A stretch of 64,000 nucleotides of DNA, from positions 4,576,001 through 4,640,000 of the forward strand of contig OZ244042.1 of assembly GCA_965215015.1 (NCBI GenBank), written 5' to 3'. Below the pieces are notes generated by a model. The model saw only the letters and a program-made list of their open reading frames with translations. It made no database searches and was not told the origin of the DNA. This document shows positions 61,471-64,000 of this stretch, one piece after another; within the stretch, counting starts at the first letter, position 1; each line of letters begins with the position of its first letter. Source of the stretch: Candidatus Poribacteria bacterium (GTDB lineage: Bacteria; Poribacteria; WGA-4E; PCPOR2b). The position numbers and the translations under genes are program-made.

Positions 61471-62985
61471 TCAACCAAGCATCAGTGCCCCAAGCTGCGC
61501 TTCATCGGTTTCCGATGGTCGAAGGATCCCAGCGATTCGTCCGTTATACATCACCGCTATTCGGTCGCTTAAACTCAAGAGTTCTTCCAAATCTGCGGAG
61601 ATGAGTAGAATTGCCTTGGACCGGTTGCGGGCATTAATTAATTGCTGATGCACAAACCGAGCGGCATTGATATCCAACCCGCGCGTTGGGTGTGCCGCGA
61701 TAATCAATTCAGGATTGCTTTCTAACTCGCGTGCTACAACCACCTTCTGCTGATTGCCGCCGGAGAGGGAGCGAATTGGGAGATTTATGCCCCCGGCACG
61801 AATTTCGTACTTTTCAATCACGTTATCTGCAAAATGATGGGCGACTTTTCGTCTCAGCAGTCCATATCTGCAAAATGGGGGTTGATTGTGGCTGCCGAGA
61901 ATCAGATTTTCATCAACCCGGTCATCGAGACTGATGCCGTGTCGATGTCGGTCAGCGGGTAGATGTGCCACCCCTTTCCGCCGAATCTCCGTCGGTGATC
62001 GGTTAGCAATTGACTCGTCATTTAGGGTAATCGTTCCACTATCGCTTTTCCGCAATCCTGTTAGTACCTCAATGAGTTCGCTTTGCCCGTTTCCTTCCAC
62101 CCCAGCGATTCCTACAATTTCCCCTGCGAAAATGTCGAGACCAATCCCATCCAATAAGGCGCGTCCATTCTTGGCGCGAAGTGTGACATCTTCCAGATGC
62201 AGCATGGGTTGACTAGGTTTATCAGACCTTTTCTGAGTTTTTAAGTCGTTGAAAGTTTTTGTGCCAATCATCAACTCGGACAATTCAGCAGCATCCGTCC
62301 CTACTCTGGGAAGTGATGCAACGGATTTGCCGTTTCGCATCACCGTAATTGTATCGGCAACTGCTATTACTTCACTGAGTTTATGAGTAATCAGAATAAC
62401 GCTCTTTCCCTCCGCTTTCAACCCGCGCAAGCAGTTAAATAGCCCGGTAACCTCCTGTGGTGCAAGCACCGCTGTGGGTTCATCAAGGATTAAGAGTTCT
62501 GCTTCATGATAGAGGGCTTTGAGAATTTCCGCGTATTGCTGCGCGCCAATTGGGAGAGATTCCACCTTCGCATTGAGATCGAGATAAAAACCGAGTTGTT
62601 CAGCGAGAGTCGTGATGGTACGGTGTGCTGCCCCTGTGTCGAGAAGGGTTTTGAATCGGCGCGGTTCTTTCGCCAAGACGATATTTTCAAGGGCAGTCAA
62701 CGCGGGGATAAGGGTGAAGTGCTGCTGCACCATGCCAATACCGAGTTGAATGGCAATACGAGGATTGTCAATACGAACCAGCTCATCCCGAAAGTAAATC
62801 TCCCCGTCGCTCGGTTGATAGAGCCCATAGAGAATCTTCATCAACGTTGATTTGCCGGCACCATTTTCCCCAACGAGGGCGTGGATCTCACCACCCTGTA
62901 GCAAGAAATTTACCCGGTCGTTCGCCAGAACTTTGCCAAAGCGTTTGGTGATACCGTACATTTTGATGAGCGGCGCAGTGGTCAT
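61471..62985 (-). CDS. Sugar/nucleoside ABC transporter ATP-binding protein (double domain)
   Basis: GENGAGKST, LDEPT, GVEGNGQ, LSGGNQQK, PTRGLD. Confidence 0.93.
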   Translation of the reverse strand: MTTAPLIKMYGITKRFGKVLANDRVNFLLQGGEIHALVGENGAGKSTLMKILYGLYQPSDGEIYFRDELVRIDNPRIAIQLGIGMVQQHFTLIPALTALENIVLAKEPRRFKTLLDTGAAHRTITTLAEQLGFYLDLNAKVESLPIGAQQYAEILKALYHEAELLILDEPTAVLAPQEVTGLFNCLRGLKAEGKSVILITHKLSEVIAVADTITVMRNGKSVASLPRVGTDAAELSELMIGTKTFNDLKTQKRSDKPSQPMLHLEDVTLRAKNGRALLDGIGLDIFAGEIVGIAGVEGNGQSELIEVLTGLRKSDSGTITLNDESIANRSPTEIRRKGVAHLPADRHRHGISLDDRVDENLILGSHNQPPFCRYGLLRRKVAHHFADNVIEKYEIRAGGINLPIRSLSGGNQQKVVVARELESNPELIIAAHPTRGLDINAARFVHQQLINARNRSKAILLISADLEELLSLSDRIAVMYNGRIAGILRPSETDEAQLGALMLG

Positions 62986-63025
62986 AGATAGAGTTTAGGG
63001 ATTTGAGGGGTGGGTGGATAGGGTT

Positions 63026-64000
63026 TTATCTTTTACCTTTCCTACCACGGTGCCAATGTTCAATCAGGTTGGAGGGAATTTCGCGAAGGAACATAGAGCT
63101 TCCTCGCTCATAGTCGTCCTTGCGGCGGATGACCGATGTGAGGTAAAGCCGCTCCTGAGCGCGGGTCATTCCCACGTAGAAGAGGCGACGTTCCTCTTCA
63201 AGTTCCGATAGCGGCTGTCCCTTGCGCCGAATCGGGAATGTCCCGTCCTCCAGTCCCATGATTATCACGACCGGAAACTCTGTTCCCTTTGCTGCATGCA
63301 GTGTCATCAACGTAATCTTATCCGCTTCAATCTCCATTTCATCGGCACTGTTGATTAGCTTCTGATAATCGAGAAAATCGGTGAGGCGTCTTTCAACACT
63401 GGTCGTTTCAAAATGTAAAACGCCGTTCATGAATCTTGCGCGTCTCGCTTCCCAATCCCTGTCTTCCGGGGATTCTTCAATCTGTGTCTGAGTCAGCGTT
63501 TTGATGAAATCTTGAACCAATTGTTGCTCCGTGGGTTGCAGGTCTACGTCGATCCAATCTAATGCCGGACGATGTGTCCGAACATAGCGCGCAGCAGCTT
63601 GGTAGAAGGTCTGTATTCCGCCTTCAGTTCCTTCCTCTATTCCGAGGTACTGTCTGCTCTCTTGTGCAGCAAGTATTCCAATCCCGACCAATGGTAGAAG
63701 TTCGGGCAGAGATCTTACTTCACGGCGGCGCAGATCCTCTTTAATGAGTTCATCAAACACGCGGCGTGTGACATACACGTCCTCAATCGCTCGATGCATG
63801 GTGTCGTGTTTGATATCGAATTTACTGGCGAGTGCTTCTAAATTATAGCTTTCGCGTGGATAGAGCCGTTGCGCCGTGGCAAGGGTATCGTAGTAAGGGT
63901 TGGAAAGCCCACGTTTCAGATAGCGTCCGAGATCGCGTTCAAGCACGAGATTATCAAACTCAGCGATATTATGTCCGATAAGGATTCGATCTTGGATGAA
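63026..64000 (-). CDS. UvrD/PcrA-family helicase with DEDDh 3'-5' exonuclease domain (5' part outside window)
   Basis: GHNIAEFD, DTL, HRAIEDV (exonuclease); TLMTLHAAKGTEFP, EERRLFYVGMTRA, SMFLRE (helicase). Confidence 0.85.
   Translation of the reverse strand, partial: FIQDRILIGHNIAEFDNLVLERDLGRYLKRGLSNPYYDTLATAQRLYPRESYNLEALASKFDIKHDTMHRAIEDVYVTRRVFDELIKEDLRRREVRSLPELLPLVGIGILAAQESRQYLGIEEGTEGGIQTFYQAAARYVRTHRPALDWIDVDLQPTEQQLVQDFIKTLTQTQIEESPEDRDWEARRARFMNGVLHFETTSVERRLTDFLDYQKLINSADEMEIEADKITLMTLHAAKGTEFPVVIIMGLEDGTFPIRRKGQPLSELEEERRLFYVGMTRAQERLYLTSVIRRKDDYERGSSMFLREIPSNLIEHWHRGRKGKR

Overview
Bacterial chromosomal window of moderate GC. Gene content points, by inference, to Candidatus Poribacteria or a similar lineage: six Gfo/Idh/MocA oxidoreductases, PhyH dioxygenase, CocE hydrolase, VWA/GATase membrane protein, TPR and ankyrin proteins, and many REP/MITE-like intergenic repeats. 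Housekeeping genes are trpB, a def-like gene, rpsU, groES-groEL, pspA, ABC transporters and a partial UvrD-exonuclease. A defence-like island (about 11.4-22.9 kb) holds a Type III-like Res/Mod pair, an XRE-ImmA/IrrE peptidase with a frameshifted DUF4411 PIN gene, an SDH/ClpP-fold protease with a small partner, and a DUF3696-type AAA ATPase. It also has a chimeric junction (truncated second mod start fused to a duplicated oxidoreductase 3' end). An M.EcoRV-like methylase is preceded by what looks like a scrap of its nuclease. An ORF-free unit at 31.35-31.99 kb combines a strong promoter, a csp-type leader, an internally deleted IS200/IS605-like element (probable omegaRNA end) and a terminator. 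Sigma54-type promoters precede groES and pspA. No CRISPR array, rRNA or convincing tRNA was seen. All family calls come from motif recognition and recall, not database searches.
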